A stretch of 61,775 nt of DNA, the filler included. It is 3 parts of 3 records of this genome, joined end to end, with 100 filler letters (N's around TTAATTAATTAA, not from the genome) between each part and the next. Parts side by side here need not be neighbours in the genome. Positions count along the whole stretch, not along the records: positions 1 to 30,853 come from SRR20825006_1830; 2 more parts are not named here. One strand, written 5' to 3'. The position numbers were made by a program, and so were the translations under genes. The notes beneath the pieces are model-generated. The model did not search any database. It worked only from the letters and a program-made list of their open reading frames with translations, and was not told where the DNA came from. Positions 1 to 9,701 of the stretch are shown piece by piece. Numbering within the stretch: the first letter of the stretch is position 1; every line of letters starts with the position of its first letter.

Positions 1-1
1 C

Positions 2-133
2 TGGGGCCGCGACATCTATGTCGACACCCGCACCGTCGATGTCCATATCGGCCGTTTGCGCAAGGCGTTGTGCCAATATGGCGGCATCGACCCGGTGCGC
101 ACCGTGCGTGGGGCAGGGTACGCGCTCGGCTAA
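2..133 (+). CDS. phoB: PhoB response regulator, C-terminal fragment (5' truncated by window edge)
   Basis: Manual translation of frame 2: [23 protein letters not shown]...[14 protein letters not shown], the PhoB winged-helix C-terminus. Not in the ORF track. Confidence 0.9.
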   Translation, partial: WGRDIYVDTRTVDVHIGRLRKALCQYGGIDPVRTVRGAGYALG

Positions 134-150
134 GCCCCCCGTTCTTGCAA

Positions 151-198
151 AAATAAAACACACACCGCCCTTCACAAAAGGGGCGGTGTTTTTGTTTT
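151..198 (+). terminator. Intrinsic terminator after phoB, possibly bidirectional
   Basis: Stem ACACCGCCC (162-170) / GGGCGGTGT (181-189), T-tract after and A-tract before. Confidence 0.8.
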
Positions 199-319
199 GA
201 GCGGGCGTGTGCTCGGGCAACGTGCCACCCATGCCATCACTTGATGCAAAGACTGGCAACACCCTTCCGTTCTTCGCCTGCAACAGCAAAGTTTTGATTC
301 ACGTTTTTCGCGAAACCCT

Positions 320-335
320 TTATGGGATCAAATAA
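320..335. promoter_or_regulatory. Candidate GntR operator
   Basis: Imperfect palindrome TTATGGGATCAAATAA about 30 bp upstream of the GntR gene; resembles the site at 5356-5375. Confidence 0.4.
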
Positions 336-365
336 GAGACAGATGCACCGCGAAGGATCAAGACG

Positions 366-1034
366 ATGATGACGGCCATCCAAGTAAAGGAACCTGCCCA
401 CCTGCGCACCTATCGCGGGATTCGTGATCTGATCCTCTCTGGCGATCTGGTGCCCGGCCAACCTGTCACCATCCAAGGGCTGATTGACCAACTCGGCTCC
501 GGCATGACACCCGTGCGCGAGGCCATTCGTCGGCTGACCTCAGAGGGCGCTTTGATTTTTCATGGCAACCGCCGGGTGACGGTGCCCGTACTGACGCTGG
601 CGCAAGTGGACGAGTTGATCCTCGCCCGTTGTAGCCTGGAGCCCGAATTGGCGCGACGTGCGGCGATGTGCATTTCCGCGGAGGACATAACAGCCTTAGA
701 AGAGATAGATGAGGCGATTGACGAGTCGATGCGCGCGGGCGACACCCGTGGATACATGATCCACAATCACCGGTTTCACATGGCGCTGTACGCCCCGGCA
801 CAGGCCGAGGTGATTGGACCCATCGTCGATGCGCTGTGGCTGCGCTCGGCCCCGGCGCTGCGGGTGATGTGTACGCGGTTTGGCACACAAAACTTGCCGG
901 ATATGCATATGGCCGCCATCGCCGCGCTGCGCGTCAGGGACGCGGATGCAGCGGCGGAGGCAATCCGGGCTGATGTGTTGCAGGGGATGGAAAACGTCCG
1001 CGCCATCCTTTCAGACGGCGCGTCATTGGTGTAA
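366..1034 (+). CDS. GntR family (FCD) transcriptional regulator
   Basis: N-terminal HTH (GMTPVREAIRRL) and FCD domain (NHRFH...H). Confidence 0.9.
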   Translation: MMTAIQVKEPAHLRTYRGIRDLILSGDLVPGQPVTIQGLIDQLGSGMTPVREAIRRLTSEGALIFHGNRRVTVPVLTLAQVDELILARCSLEPELARRAAMCISAEDITALEEIDEAIDESMRAGDTRGYMIHNHRFHMALYAPAQAEVIGPIVDALWLRSAPALRVMCTRFGTQNLPDMHMAAIAALRVRDADAAAEAIRADVLQGMENVRAILSDGASLV

Positions 1035-1058
1035 CTTCGGTTTAAGTGTCACGCGAAG

Positions 1059-2486
1059 TTAAACGGATATTGCCTTGATTTCACAGAAATCTTCGATGCC
1101 ATAAACGCCACCTTCGCGACCATTGCCGGACAGTTTATAGCCCCCAAAAGGCGAGCCATAAGAAATGTCCGAGCCATTGAGATGCACCATGCCCGCGCGA
1201 ATGTCGCGCGCCATGGCCAGCCCGCGGGCCTCATCGCCGGTCTGGATATAGGCGGCCAACCCGTATGGCGTGTCATTGGCGATGCGCACGGCGTCCGCGT
1301 CGTCCTGATAGGCGATCATCACCAAAACCGGGCCAAACACCTCTTCTTGTGCGATGCGCATGTCATTGGTCACGTCGCCGAACACGGTGGGACGGCAGAA
1401 ATAGCCACGATTAAATCCCTCTGGACGGCCAAGACCGCCCGCAACCACGCGCGCACCGTCCTCAATCCCGACCTGAATCAGGCTTTGCACCCGGTCATAT
1501 TGCATCTGTGACACCAGCGGACCAATGTGGGAGCCGGGCAGCGACGGCAGCCCCACCGCGGTGGCCTCTGCGGCCTCTTTGGCAATCTCCATCGCGGTCT
1601 CATATTGGCTTGCGGGCACCAACATCCGCGTCGGCGCGTTGCAGCTTTGGCCAGTGTTTTGGAAACAATGGCGCACGCCGCGTTTGACCGCCGCGTCCAA
1701 ATCACAATCGTCCAACAGGATGTTGGGGGATTTGCCGCCCAATTCCAACGTCACACGTTTGACCGTGGCAGCGGCGGCTTTGGAAATTTCCACGCCTGCA
1801 CGGGTCGAGCCGGTAAAGGAGATCATCGCCACATCCGGGTGGCTGGAAATCGCCGCCCCGACGGTCGGGCCATCGCCGTTCACAAGGTTGAACACGCCTG
1901 CGGGCACACCGGCGTCTGCCAAAATCTCCGCGTATAAAAGCGCGCTCATCGGCGTCAACTCGGAGGGTTTGAGCACCATCGTACAGCCTGCGGCAATCGC
2001 CGGAATGACCTTGAGCGCGATCTGGTTGATCGGCCAGTTCCATGGCGTGATAAAACCACAAACACCAATCGGCTCATGCAGGATCACATCGCCCACAGCG
2101 TTTTTGTGTTCAAATTCAAAGGTTTCAAGCGCCTTGACCACACCGTCCAAATGGCCAATGCCAACCGCAGCCTGCGCCCGGTCCGAGAGCGAAATCGGCG
2201 CGCCCATTTCCTCGGAAATCGCTTGGGCCATCTCGTCATACCGCGCTTGGTAGGCGCTTCGGATCGCAGCCAAAAGCTCCAGACGCTCCGCTTTCGTGGT
2301 GCGTGAAAAGGCCGGGAAGGCGGCTTTGGCCGCGGCCACGGCGGCGTCCACATCGGCGGTGGTGCCCATGGCGACAGAGGCAAAGATTTCCTCCGTCGCC
2401 GGGTTGATCACATCAAGCGTCTCACCCCCCTGAGGTGCGACCCATTGCCCGCCGATATAGAAGCGATCCGTTTTCAATTCCGTCAT
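1059..2486 (-). CDS. Aldehyde dehydrogenase, probably amino-aldehyde/polyamine catabolism
   Basis: ITPWNWP, SFTGS, ELGGKS, catalytic GQSC, EEVFGP; in an operon with the puuB-like and aminotransferase genes. Confidence 0.92.
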   Translation of the reverse strand: MTELKTDRFYIGGQWVAPQGGETLDVINPATEEIFASVAMGTTADVDAAVAAAKAAFPAFSRTTKAERLELLAAIRSAYQARYDEMAQAISEEMGAPISLSDRAQAAVGIGHLDGVVKALETFEFEHKNAVGDVILHEPIGVCGFITPWNWPINQIALKVIPAIAAGCTMVLKPSELTPMSALLYAEILADAGVPAGVFNLVNGDGPTVGAAISSHPDVAMISFTGSTRAGVEISKAAAATVKRVTLELGGKSPNILLDDCDLDAAVKRGVRHCFQNTGQSCNAPTRMLVPASQYETAMEIAKEAAEATAVGLPSLPGSHIGPLVSQMQYDRVQSLIQVGIEDGARVVAGGLGRPEGFNRGYFCRPTVFGDVTNDMRIAQEEVFGPVLVMIAYQDDADAVRIANDTPYGLAAYIQTGDEARGLAMARDIRAGMVHLNGSDISYGSPFGGYKLSGNGREGGVYGIEDFCEIKAISV

Positions 2487-2512
2487 GTGAGCCTCATATC
2501 TGTTTGAATTTC

Positions 2513-3814
2513 TTAGAACTTGTCACGCAAAGCATACCACGTCATCGCCGCAACCAAAAGCGGTGTGCGTAGCTTTGGCCCGCCCGGAAACCCCGGCGTC
2601 GGCAGGTGGTTGATGACATCGAACCGCGCGGCCTGACCGGCGATGGCTTCGGCGGCGATTTTACCCGCGAGGGTTGCCAGCGCCACGCCCTGACCGGAAA
2701 ATCCGGCAATGGAGAGGGCAGAGGGGCCAAGCCGGTCAAAATGCGGCAGGCGCGACATGGTGATGCCCAAAGTGCCGCCCCAAGCATAGTCGATTTTGGC
2801 CGATTTGAGTTGAGGAAACACCTCCAACATTGGCCCGCGCACCTTGGTACGCAAGTCAGTTGGGAATTTGTAACCATAGCTTTCGCCACCGCCGAAAATC
2901 ATCCGATTGTCCTCGGAGAGGCGGAAATAATTGATCACAAAGCGCGAGTCGGCCACGGCATAGCGGTTCGGGATCAAGCTGTTGGCGAGATCTTGGGGCA
3001 GGGGTTCCGTCACCGCGATAAAATTATTGATCGGCATCACCCGACGGCTGACCGTGGGCAACAGGTTGTTGTGATAGCCGTTGAGCGCCACGATCAGATG
3101 ATCGGCCTCGATCAGGGCAGACCCGGTGAGAACCCGTGGTTTTGCCGCTGTGTCTACCTTGGTGACGCGTGAGGTTTCATAGATTCGCACGCCTGCCGCC
3201 TCGGCCAAACGCGCCAAGGCAAAAGCGTAGCGCAGCGGGTGTAAATGCCCCGATCCCATATCCAGCGACCCGGAATGATAGCCCGGGCTGCCGACCTCAT
3301 GACGGATCTCGTCGCGCGAGAGAAAGCGGATTTTGTCATAGCCATAGGTGGTATTGAGATGCTCGACATGGGCCTTGGAATGGGCGCCATAGCGGGCACG
3401 GTGATTGGCGTGAATGACGCCATCGGTCCAGCCACAGCCATCGCCCTCTTCACGGATCAGCGCCTTGACCAGATCGACCGCCTCAGATCCCATGTCCCAA
3501 AGCACCCGCGCCGTATCGAGACCGACGAGTGTCTCAAGATCGCCCTGTTCCAACCGCTGCCCGGTGGAGACCTGACCACCATTGCGACCAGAGGCGCCGG
3601 AGCCGACCCGCGAGGCCTCCAAAAGCACCACATCCAAGCCCTGACGTGCCAAATGCAGCGCCGCAGACAGCCCGCCGTAGCCGCCGCCAACGACGCAGAC
3701 ATCGGCCTTGATCGCGCCCTCGGCCATCGGATAGGGACCGGGCGCTTCGGCTGTGGCGGCGTAAAAGGAGCGGGGGTGTTGGCCGGGCGTGTCGTTGATG
3801 GTGAGAATGTCCAT
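2513..3814 (-). CDS. puuB: FAD-dependent oxidoreductase, gamma-glutamylputrescine oxidase (PuuB/OrdL)-like
   Basis: VVGGGYGG dinucleotide fold, GASGRNGGQ, YAWGG, GFSGQGV. Confidence 0.75.
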   Translation of the reverse strand: MDILTINDTPGQHPRSFYAATAEAPGPYPMAEGAIKADVCVVGGGYGGLSAALHLARQGLDVVLLEASRVGSGASGRNGGQVSTGQRLEQGDLETLVGLDTARVLWDMGSEAVDLVKALIREEGDGCGWTDGVIHANHRARYGAHSKAHVEHLNTTYGYDKIRFLSRDEIRHEVGSPGYHSGSLDMGSGHLHPLRYAFALARLAEAAGVRIYETSRVTKVDTAAKPRVLTGSALIEADHLIVALNGYHNNLLPTVSRRVMPINNFIAVTEPLPQDLANSLIPNRYAVADSRFVINYFRLSEDNRMIFGGGESYGYKFPTDLRTKVRGPMLEVFPQLKSAKIDYAWGGTLGITMSRLPHFDRLGPSALSIAGFSGQGVALATLAGKIAAEAIAGQAARFDVINHLPTPGFPGGPKLRTPLLVAAMTWYALRDKF

Positions 3815-3818
3815 AAAG

Positions 3819-5210
3819 TTATGCTGAAACGTTCAGCCCCTCCGCGTTGAGATAGGCCAGAGTTTCGTCCAGTGAGAGCCGCGCGCGGTCGATCAGGATG
3901 TCGATTTCCGCCTTGGTGATGATCAATGGCGGCGAGATGATCATCCGGTCGCCAACATGGCGCATCACCAGATTATTGGCAAAACAGCGCTCGCGACAGT
4001 AATAGCCGACAGTGCCTGTGGGGCTTGCGAATTTGGCGCGGGTGGCTTTGTTTGGCGTCAGGGCGATGGAGCCCATGAGACCGACGATTTTGGCCTCTCC
4101 AACCAGCGGGTGATCGGTCAGGCTTTCCCATTTTTCTTTCAGATAGGGCGCGATCTCAGACCCCGCGCGTTCAACAATGCCGTCCTCATCCAACAGGCGC
4201 AGGTTTTCGAGCGCCACGGCGCAGGCGACCGGATGTCCTGCATAGGTATAGCCATGGGCGAATTCGTCGGCGGCATCGAGTGTGTTGAAAATCTCGTCCG
4301 AGACAATGGACGCGCCCAAGGGGATATAGCCCGAGGTGATGCCCTTGGCGCAGGTCATGATGTCGGGGGTGAAGCCCATGGTTTGACAGCCGAACCAGTT
4401 GCCGGTGCGGCCAAAGCCGGTGATCACTTCGTCGGCGATCAACAGGATGCCATATTGCTTACAAATCCTTTGAATTTCAGGCCAGTAGGTGACGGGGGGC
4501 ACGATCACGCCGCCTGCGCCCTGCACCGGTTCCGCGATAAAGGCTGCGACCTTATCCGCGCCAAGCTCAAGGATTTTCGTCTCCAGTTGACGGGCTCGTT
4601 CCAGCCCGAAATCTTCGGGTGTCATATCGCCGCCTTCGGACCACCAATCAGGCTGGTCAATATGCACGATGCCGGGGATCGGCAAACCGCCTTGGGCATG
4701 CATGCCCTTCATCCCGCCCAAAGAGGCCGCCCCCATGGTCGAGCCATGATAGCCATTCCAACGCGAGATGACGATGGACCGCTCCGGCTGGCCCTTGGCG
4801 GCCCAATAATGGCGCACCATGCGCAGGTTTGTGTCGTTGGAATCCGAGCCAGAGCCGTTGAAAAACACATGGTTCAAATCCCCCGGCGCAAGCTCGGCCA
4901 GACGTTTGGCCAACATGATCGCGGGCACGGTCGAGGTTTGGAAAAAGGTGTTGTAGAACGGCAATTGCAACATTTGGCGGGCGGCGACGTCGACCAATTC
5001 CTGACGCCCGTATCCAATATTGACGCACCAAAGACCAGCCATCGCATCAAGGATCACTTCGCCGTCGCTGTCGGTCAGCCACACGCCCTTGGCGGAGGTG
5101 ATGATCCGCGCCCCTTTCCTGGCCAGTTCCGCGCTGTCGGTGAACGGGTGCATATGATGGGCGGCGTCGAGCGCCTGAAGCTCTGCGGTGGGCAAATGAT
5201 TGTCACTCAT
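3819..5210 (-). CDS. spuC: Class III omega-amine/putrescine:pyruvate aminotransferase (SpuC-like)
   Basis: HHMHPFT, DAMAGLWCVNIGYG, YHGST, IADEVITGFGR, PLP lysine in AKGITSGY. Confidence 0.8.
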   Translation of the reverse strand: MSDNHLPTAELQALDAAHHMHPFTDSAELARKGARIITSAKGVWLTDSDGEVILDAMAGLWCVNIGYGRQELVDVAARQMLQLPFYNTFFQTSTVPAIMLAKRLAELAPGDLNHVFFNGSGSDSNDTNLRMVRHYWAAKGQPERSIVISRWNGYHGSTMGAASLGGMKGMHAQGGLPIPGIVHIDQPDWWSEGGDMTPEDFGLERARQLETKILELGADKVAAFIAEPVQGAGGVIVPPVTYWPEIQRICKQYGILLIADEVITGFGRTGNWFGCQTMGFTPDIMTCAKGITSGYIPLGASIVSDEIFNTLDAADEFAHGYTYAGHPVACAVALENLRLLDEDGIVERAGSEIAPYLKEKWESLTDHPLVGEAKIVGLMGSIALTPNKATRAKFASPTGTVGYYCRERCFANNLVMRHVGDRMIISPPLIITKAEIDILIDRARLSLDETLAYLNAEGLNVSA

Positions 5211-5355
5211 GCGATCAATGTCCTTTGATGATCACGCCCGAACACTCAGGCCGGGTCGGAATGCGGTGGTGGCATGCGGCCACAGTATCGCCACACATAA
5301 AAGGAGCCAGCACGGCAGTTTGTGCGCAACTCCGAGCGTGGACGAGAACTTGTGC

Positions 5356-5375
5356 AAAAATATGATCAAATTTTT
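5356..5375. promoter_or_regulatory. Candidate GntR operator upstream of the spuC-puuB-aldh operon
   Basis: Near-perfect 20-bp palindrome AAAAATATGATCAAATTTTT about 145 bp upstream of spuC. Confidence 0.55.
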
Positions 5376-5399
5376 AGGAAGGTCAAGTCCTGACCACTC

Positions 5400-5764
5400 C
5401 GGGCCGGCAAATTCAAACCCGCTGAGGCGGTGGCCGAAGATTTGTTCCGCCTGCATGACCAGATGGGGATTGCCGGCTGTTGGACCATGATCATATCTGA
5501 TCGAAAGTCTCCGGCTCTGAACGCATCTCACGCCAAGATCCGCCCCATGCGGATGCAATCCCCTTCGCGCGCACCATCGTTGAATGGTTTCCGGACCGCA
5601 CCGGTTGGGGCACCGATTGGCCGCACCCGAACTTTCTCGCAGATCCGCCAGATGATGGTGATCTGTTTGATCTGCTCGCGGACATCGCGCCGACCGATAC
5701 GTTTTTGAACACGCTGATGGTCGACAACCCTGCTCAACTTTACGGTTTCAAGGAGAATATTTGA
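5400..5764 (+). pseudogene. Amidohydrolase_2 (LigI/lactonase-like) remnant
   Basis: N-terminal piece KFKPAEAVAEDLFRLHDQMGI joined out of frame to RLLDHDHI*SKVSGSERIS...DRTGWGTDWPHPN...VDNPAQLYGF. TGA at 5498-5500 where Trp is expected; the middle of the protein is missing. Confidence 0.75.
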
Positions 5765-6190
5765 TGGCTGGTCGTCTCGTAGGAAAAATCGCACTCATCA
5801 CCGGCGCGGGCTGTGTTGGTCAGGGCTGGGGCAACGGTCGTGCGGCTTGCGTGCCGTTTGCAGAGGAAGGCGCAAAAATCTTTGCCGTTGATCTCAAATC
5901 CGACACGATGGTCGAAACCCTTGAGCGGGTCAAAGCCGTGGCGGGCGAGGTCGAACCTTACCTGTGTGATGTCACCGACAGAAAAGCGGTTGAGGCCATG
6001 GTGACCGCCTGTGTGGACCGTTCGTTTTGGCACCGTTGGCATCCTCGTCAACAATGTCGGCGGCTCCTCCAGGGGATGTCGATAAGCTTTTGGAAAGCCG
6101 CCTCAAACGCAACCCGATGGGCTGGATGGGCGACGGGTGCGACACCGCCAATGCCGCGTTGTTCCTGGCCTCTGACGAAGCGCGCTTTGT
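5764..6190 (+). pseudogene. SDR oxidoreductase remnant
   Basis: Starts with a TGATG overlap: MAGRLVGKIALITGAG...GNGRA. A CGTT duplication near 6019-6026 shifts frame to FGTVGILVNNVGGS, then a deletion jumps to PMGWMGDGCDTANAALFLASDEARFV. The catalytic YxxxK region is absent. Confidence 0.8.
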
Positions 6191-6325
6191 GCCATTTCGT
6201 CTGTGTGACCGAGGAACAAAGCTTTTCCAAGGCTGCGGGCCGGTTGCGTATTGCCCAACCCCCCGCTCAGCCGCCAGATCGCCGGCCTTGAACGGGATCT
6301 GGGCATTCCGCTTTTTGATCGTCGA
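6190..6325 (+). pseudogene. LysR HTH fragment with frameshift
   Basis: HFVCVTEEQSFSKAAGRLRIAQPP, then a shift in the C6 run (6259-6264) to LSRQIAGLERDLGIPLFDR. No start codon and no effector domain. Confidence 0.75.
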
Positions 6326-6632
6326 AAAACATCAGGGGACACTCGATGCGCGCCCGGTCACCGACCCAGAGGTGACATGGCCCTAATGTGTCGCGACAAG
6401 CCGTGAACAGCGGCGCAAAGGCGCGGTGCGCACGATTGGGGGCCTGATCGTCGAAATCATGCGTGAGGTGCGCGAGGAGGGGGGATGGAAGTGACCGTTT
6501 GCGCGGTGTTTCTCCAGCCGCATATGGCGTGTTGGCCTTCAAAGGTGTGTCCCATATTTGCCGCCATCTGCATGTGCGCCAAATAAGGTCAAGGTGACGA
6601 GAGTGGAGCGTGTGAGGCGATGAAAAGGCGTT

Positions 6633-7925
6633 TCATCTGCCCTGCAGCTCCTGCGTTGCGGCGATATAGGGGGCGAGGGCGGTTTCAATGCTCGCCAGCA
6701 ACAGGGTGTTTGCGTCGGCGGCAAGGTGGCCTGCACGCACTCTGGCGGCAATCTGGCCCAGATATTGGCTGATCAGCGGCTCCGGGATTGCATCCGCACC
6801 GAGCATTTCAAGCAGGGTGGTCACAGCCGCGTTGGCCCTTGGGTCTGGCCAGACATAGCGGATGCGGTCGCTGAGCGAAAAATGCCGCAGCAGGCGTTGC
6901 TCCTCCGGGGTGCCCTCATAATAGGACAGCCAATGCGCCGGGTGGTCGAGCAGAACCTGCTCCAGAGTGGCGCGCAGGCAGATCGGTCGGACGTCGGGAT
7001 GGAGTTCTTCGGCGATCAGGTCAAGCCCGTATAGGGCCTCGCGCAGAGCAAAGGTCAGGCCGGGACCGACTTTCAGGATCGCGAATCCATCTCGTACAAG
7101 GGCGGTCAGGGCCGCGGGAGTTTGATAGTCCGTCGAGTGGGCCTCGAAAACCATGCCGGGCAAGTCGGCGCGCGCGGCGCTCAGGGCGCGGGCGGCGGGG
7201 GAGGCGTAGTCGATCACATTGTGATTGCCGAATTCCACGCCGGGTTGCACCACGAGGCCGATGACCCGATTGAAAATGGCGGTAAGACCCGCCTGGGCAA
7301 AGGCCGCCCGGTGTATGTCGACGGTGGTGCGGGCGGCGGCGGGGGAGGTGATTTCGAGCGTGTCGAGAGCCTCCATCGCGCCACCGGGAACCGGGACTTC
7401 GGTGCCGATGATATAGACCGGCGGTGGCACGGGGGCGCCCGGCTGGGCGGCTTCGGCTGCGGCGGCGAGGCGGGCGGCGCGGGCAGCGGTCTGATGATCC
7501 CCCAGCGCCACCGGTTCGCCGGCACAGCCCATGGAACAATCCAGATGCAGCTTGGTGAACCCTGCACGGGCGTAGGCGGCGATCATGGTTTCGGCCTTTT
7601 GCATGGCGGCATCCGGGGGCAGGGCTTTCCAGGGGTTCGGGCCCAGATGATCGCCGCCAAGGATCAGGCGTTCGTGTGGAAAACCGGTGCGGTTTGCGAT
7701 AGCAAAGACCCGATCGCGAAAATCCTGCGGGGTCATGCCCGTGTAACCACCGTCTTGGTTCACCTGATTGCAGGTTGCCTCGATCAGGAGAGGCAGAGAG
7801 GTGGGCAGAACCGCACGCATGCAGGCTTCAAGAACGATCGGATGGGCGGAACACACTGAGGGGATACCGTTTGGTCCCGGTGTCTCTGCCCATGAGGCAA
7901 TATCGGCAAGCGGGTGGGTCGTCAT
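6633..7925 (-). CDS. gatZ: GatZ/KbaZ family protein, probable D-tagatose-6-phosphate 4-epimerase
   Basis: SVCSAHP, EATCNQVNQDGGYTG, GGDHLGPNPW, EAHSTDYQ, LKVGPGLTFALREA, SLSDRIRY; coupled to a PfkB kinase, with no GatY partner nearby. Confidence 0.88.
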   Translation of the reverse strand: MTTHPLADIASWAETPGPNGIPSVCSAHPIVLEACMRAVLPTSLPLLIEATCNQVNQDGGYTGMTPQDFRDRVFAIANRTGFPHERLILGGDHLGPNPWKALPPDAAMQKAETMIAAYARAGFTKLHLDCSMGCAGEPVALGDHQTAARAARLAAAAEAAQPGAPVPPPVYIIGTEVPVPGGAMEALDTLEITSPAAARTTVDIHRAAFAQAGLTAIFNRVIGLVVQPGVEFGNHNVIDYASPAARALSAARADLPGMVFEAHSTDYQTPAALTALVRDGFAILKVGPGLTFALREALYGLDLIAEELHPDVRPICLRATLEQVLLDHPAHWLSYYEGTPEEQRLLRHFSLSDRIRYVWPDPRANAAVTTLLEMLGADAIPEPLISQYLGQIAARVRAGHLAADANTLLLASIETALAPYIAATQELQGR

Positions 7926-8884
7926 GTGGAGATCTCCGCATCTTCAGGAAAGGTGTCTTTCAGAAAGGCATTGAGCGCGGCTTGGGTCGACGTGCCCTCC
8001 ATCGGTCCCTGTCGGGTGACAGCCAGGGCACCTGCCGCATTGGCCTGGCGCAGTGCTGCGACGGGCGGCACACCGGCCAGACGCAGGGCGACGAAAGTGC
8101 CGCCAAAACTGTCGCCAGCGCCGGTGGGGTCGACTTCGCGAACCGAAAGCGCGGCAATGTCATGGCGACCCTCGACGCTAAAATGGCTGGCTCCCTCTGC
8201 GCCGCGTTTCAGAACGATCTCGCGGATTCCGCGCGCGAGCAGGTCGTCGATCGCACCGGCCTCATCCGCGCGCTCCGAGAACAGGAAAAGCTCATCGCCC
8301 GAAGGCATGAAGATGTCGGTCTGGTCCAGAACTTCAAGCAGGCGCACGCGCAGGCCCGGCGCACCAAGGATTTCGGGACGGATGTTGGGATCGAAACTGA
8401 GTGTGCCGCCACGCGCCTTGATCCGGCGCAGAGCCTCAAGTGCGACATTGGCCATGCCGGGGGCGGAAAGGGCGGTGCCCATGATGTGCAGGTGGTCGCA
8501 ACTGGCCATCAAAGCGGTGGCCGCCGGGGTGAGGTTGAGGGTTGCCGTGGCACTCTGGGCCATGGTGAAGAGAAAGGCGCGCGAGCCATCCTCGCGATAG
8601 CGAACAAAGGCGCAGCCGGTGACTTCGTCAGGCGCCACGTCGATGCCAGAAATATCGACGCCATCGCGGGTGAGACGGGCGATGTTCAGGTGGCCGAAAT
8701 CATCGTCACCGACCCGACCAATGATCGCCGCCTCATAGCCGAGCTTGCCGACCTGATCGACAAAGATGGCGGGCGCACCGGACGGGAAGGGGCCGACAAG
8801 GGGTTGCGGCTCGCGAAACCCGTCGCCTCTGGTGGTCGCCACCAGTTCGACGAGGATTTCACCGACGGTCAAAATTTTGGACAT
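7922..8884 (-). CDS. PfkB family sugar kinase, tagatose kinase-like
   Basis: GPFPSGAPAIF, FDPNIRPE, DPTGAGDSF; start taken at MSKIL; overlaps the gatZ start. Confidence 0.85.
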   Translation of the reverse strand: MSKILTVGEILVELVATTRGDGFREPQPLVGPFPSGAPAIFVDQVGKLGYEAAIIGRVGDDDFGHLNIARLTRDGVDISGIDVAPDEVTGCAFVRYREDGSRAFLFTMAQSATATLNLTPAATALMASCDHLHIMGTALSAPGMANVALEALRRIKARGGTLSFDPNIRPEILGAPGLRVRLLEVLDQTDIFMPSGDELFLFSERADEAGAIDDLLARGIREIVLKRGAEGASHFSVEGRHDIAALSVREVDPTGAGDSFGGTFVALRLAGVPPVAALRQANAAGALAVTRQGPMEGTSTQAALNAFLKDTFPEDAEIST

Positions 8885-8960
8885 TGGATGGGGTATCCAT
8901 TGTGGTCTCGGGGAGCGCGCGCCCACAGCGAACAAGCCGTGTGGGCGCGCGGGGCCCGGA

Positions 8961-9701
8961 TCAGAGCGTGGCGCCCATCATCATCCGGACGATTTCCTCG
9001 TCATTGGTCTCGGCAGGTCGACGTTCGCCGGCCACCACCCCGCGGGCGAGGACGATGATCCTGTCCGCAGCGGCGAAGATATCGGGCAGGTTGTGAGAAA
9101 TCAGAATGATCCCCACCCCCTGCTTTTTCAGGCGTTCGATGAGGGCCATGACCTCACGTTGTTCGGGGACACCAAGCGCCGCGGTCGGTTCATCCATGAT
9201 GACAATGCCCGCCTGCCAATGGATCGCACGGGCGATGGCAATCGCCTGACGCTGACCGCCAGACATTTCGCGCACCGGGGCGGTTGGGTCCGGCACCACG
9301 ATTCCGAGGCTGAGCATCACTTTCGCCGCATCTTCCCGCATCTTCTTGCGGTCGAGGTAGGGGACCCCGAGCACATGCTTGACCGCCTCGCGCCCGAGGT
9401 AAAGGTTCAGCCCCGGATCAAGATTGTCGGCCAGCGCAAGATCTTGATAGATTGTCTCAATCCCCGCCGTGCGCACCGCTTCGGGGGTTTTCCCCGTCAA
9501 CAATGCGCCGTTCATGTAGACTTTGCCGTCGGTGGGTTGATAGACGCCCGAGATCATTTTGATCACGGTCGACTTGCCCGCGCCGTTGTCGCCTGCAAGG
9601 ACGACGCATTCGCCGGGATTGACCTCAAAGCTGACGTTCTTGACCGCCTCGTTGCCGCCGAACCGTTTTCTGAGACCGTCGATCTTCAAAAGCGCAGTCA
9701 T
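8961..9701 (-). CDS. Sugar ABC transporter ATP-binding protein (single NBD)
   Basis: Walker A GDNGAGKS, signature MSGGQ, Walker B IMDEPT, H-loop ISH. Confidence 0.93.
   Translation of the reverse strand: MTALLKIDGLRKRFGGNEAVKNVSFEVNPGECVVLAGDNGAGKSTVIKMISGVYQPTDGKVYMNGALLTGKTPEAVRTAGIETIYQDLALADNLDPGLNLYLGREAVKHVLGVPYLDRKKMREDAAKVMLSLGIVVPDPTAPVREMSGGQRQAIAIARAIHWQAGIVIMDEPTAALGVPEQREVMALIERLKKQGVGIILISHNLPDIFAAADRIIVLARGVVAGERRPAETNDEEIVRMMMGATL

Noticed and set aside
18..200. 60-aa ORF at the window start
   Set aside because: Wrong frame; frame 2 encodes the PhoB C-terminus, and the ORF runs through the terminator.
3957..5228. Long antisense ORFs (also 7775-9058, 17287-18393, 18578-19789, 60257-61102)
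   Set aside because: They lie opposite well-supported genes in GC-rich DNA.
6425..6452. GGTGCGCACGA resembling the E. coli XerC arm at the cluster's left edge
   Set aside because: No TTATGT XerD arm at the required spacing.
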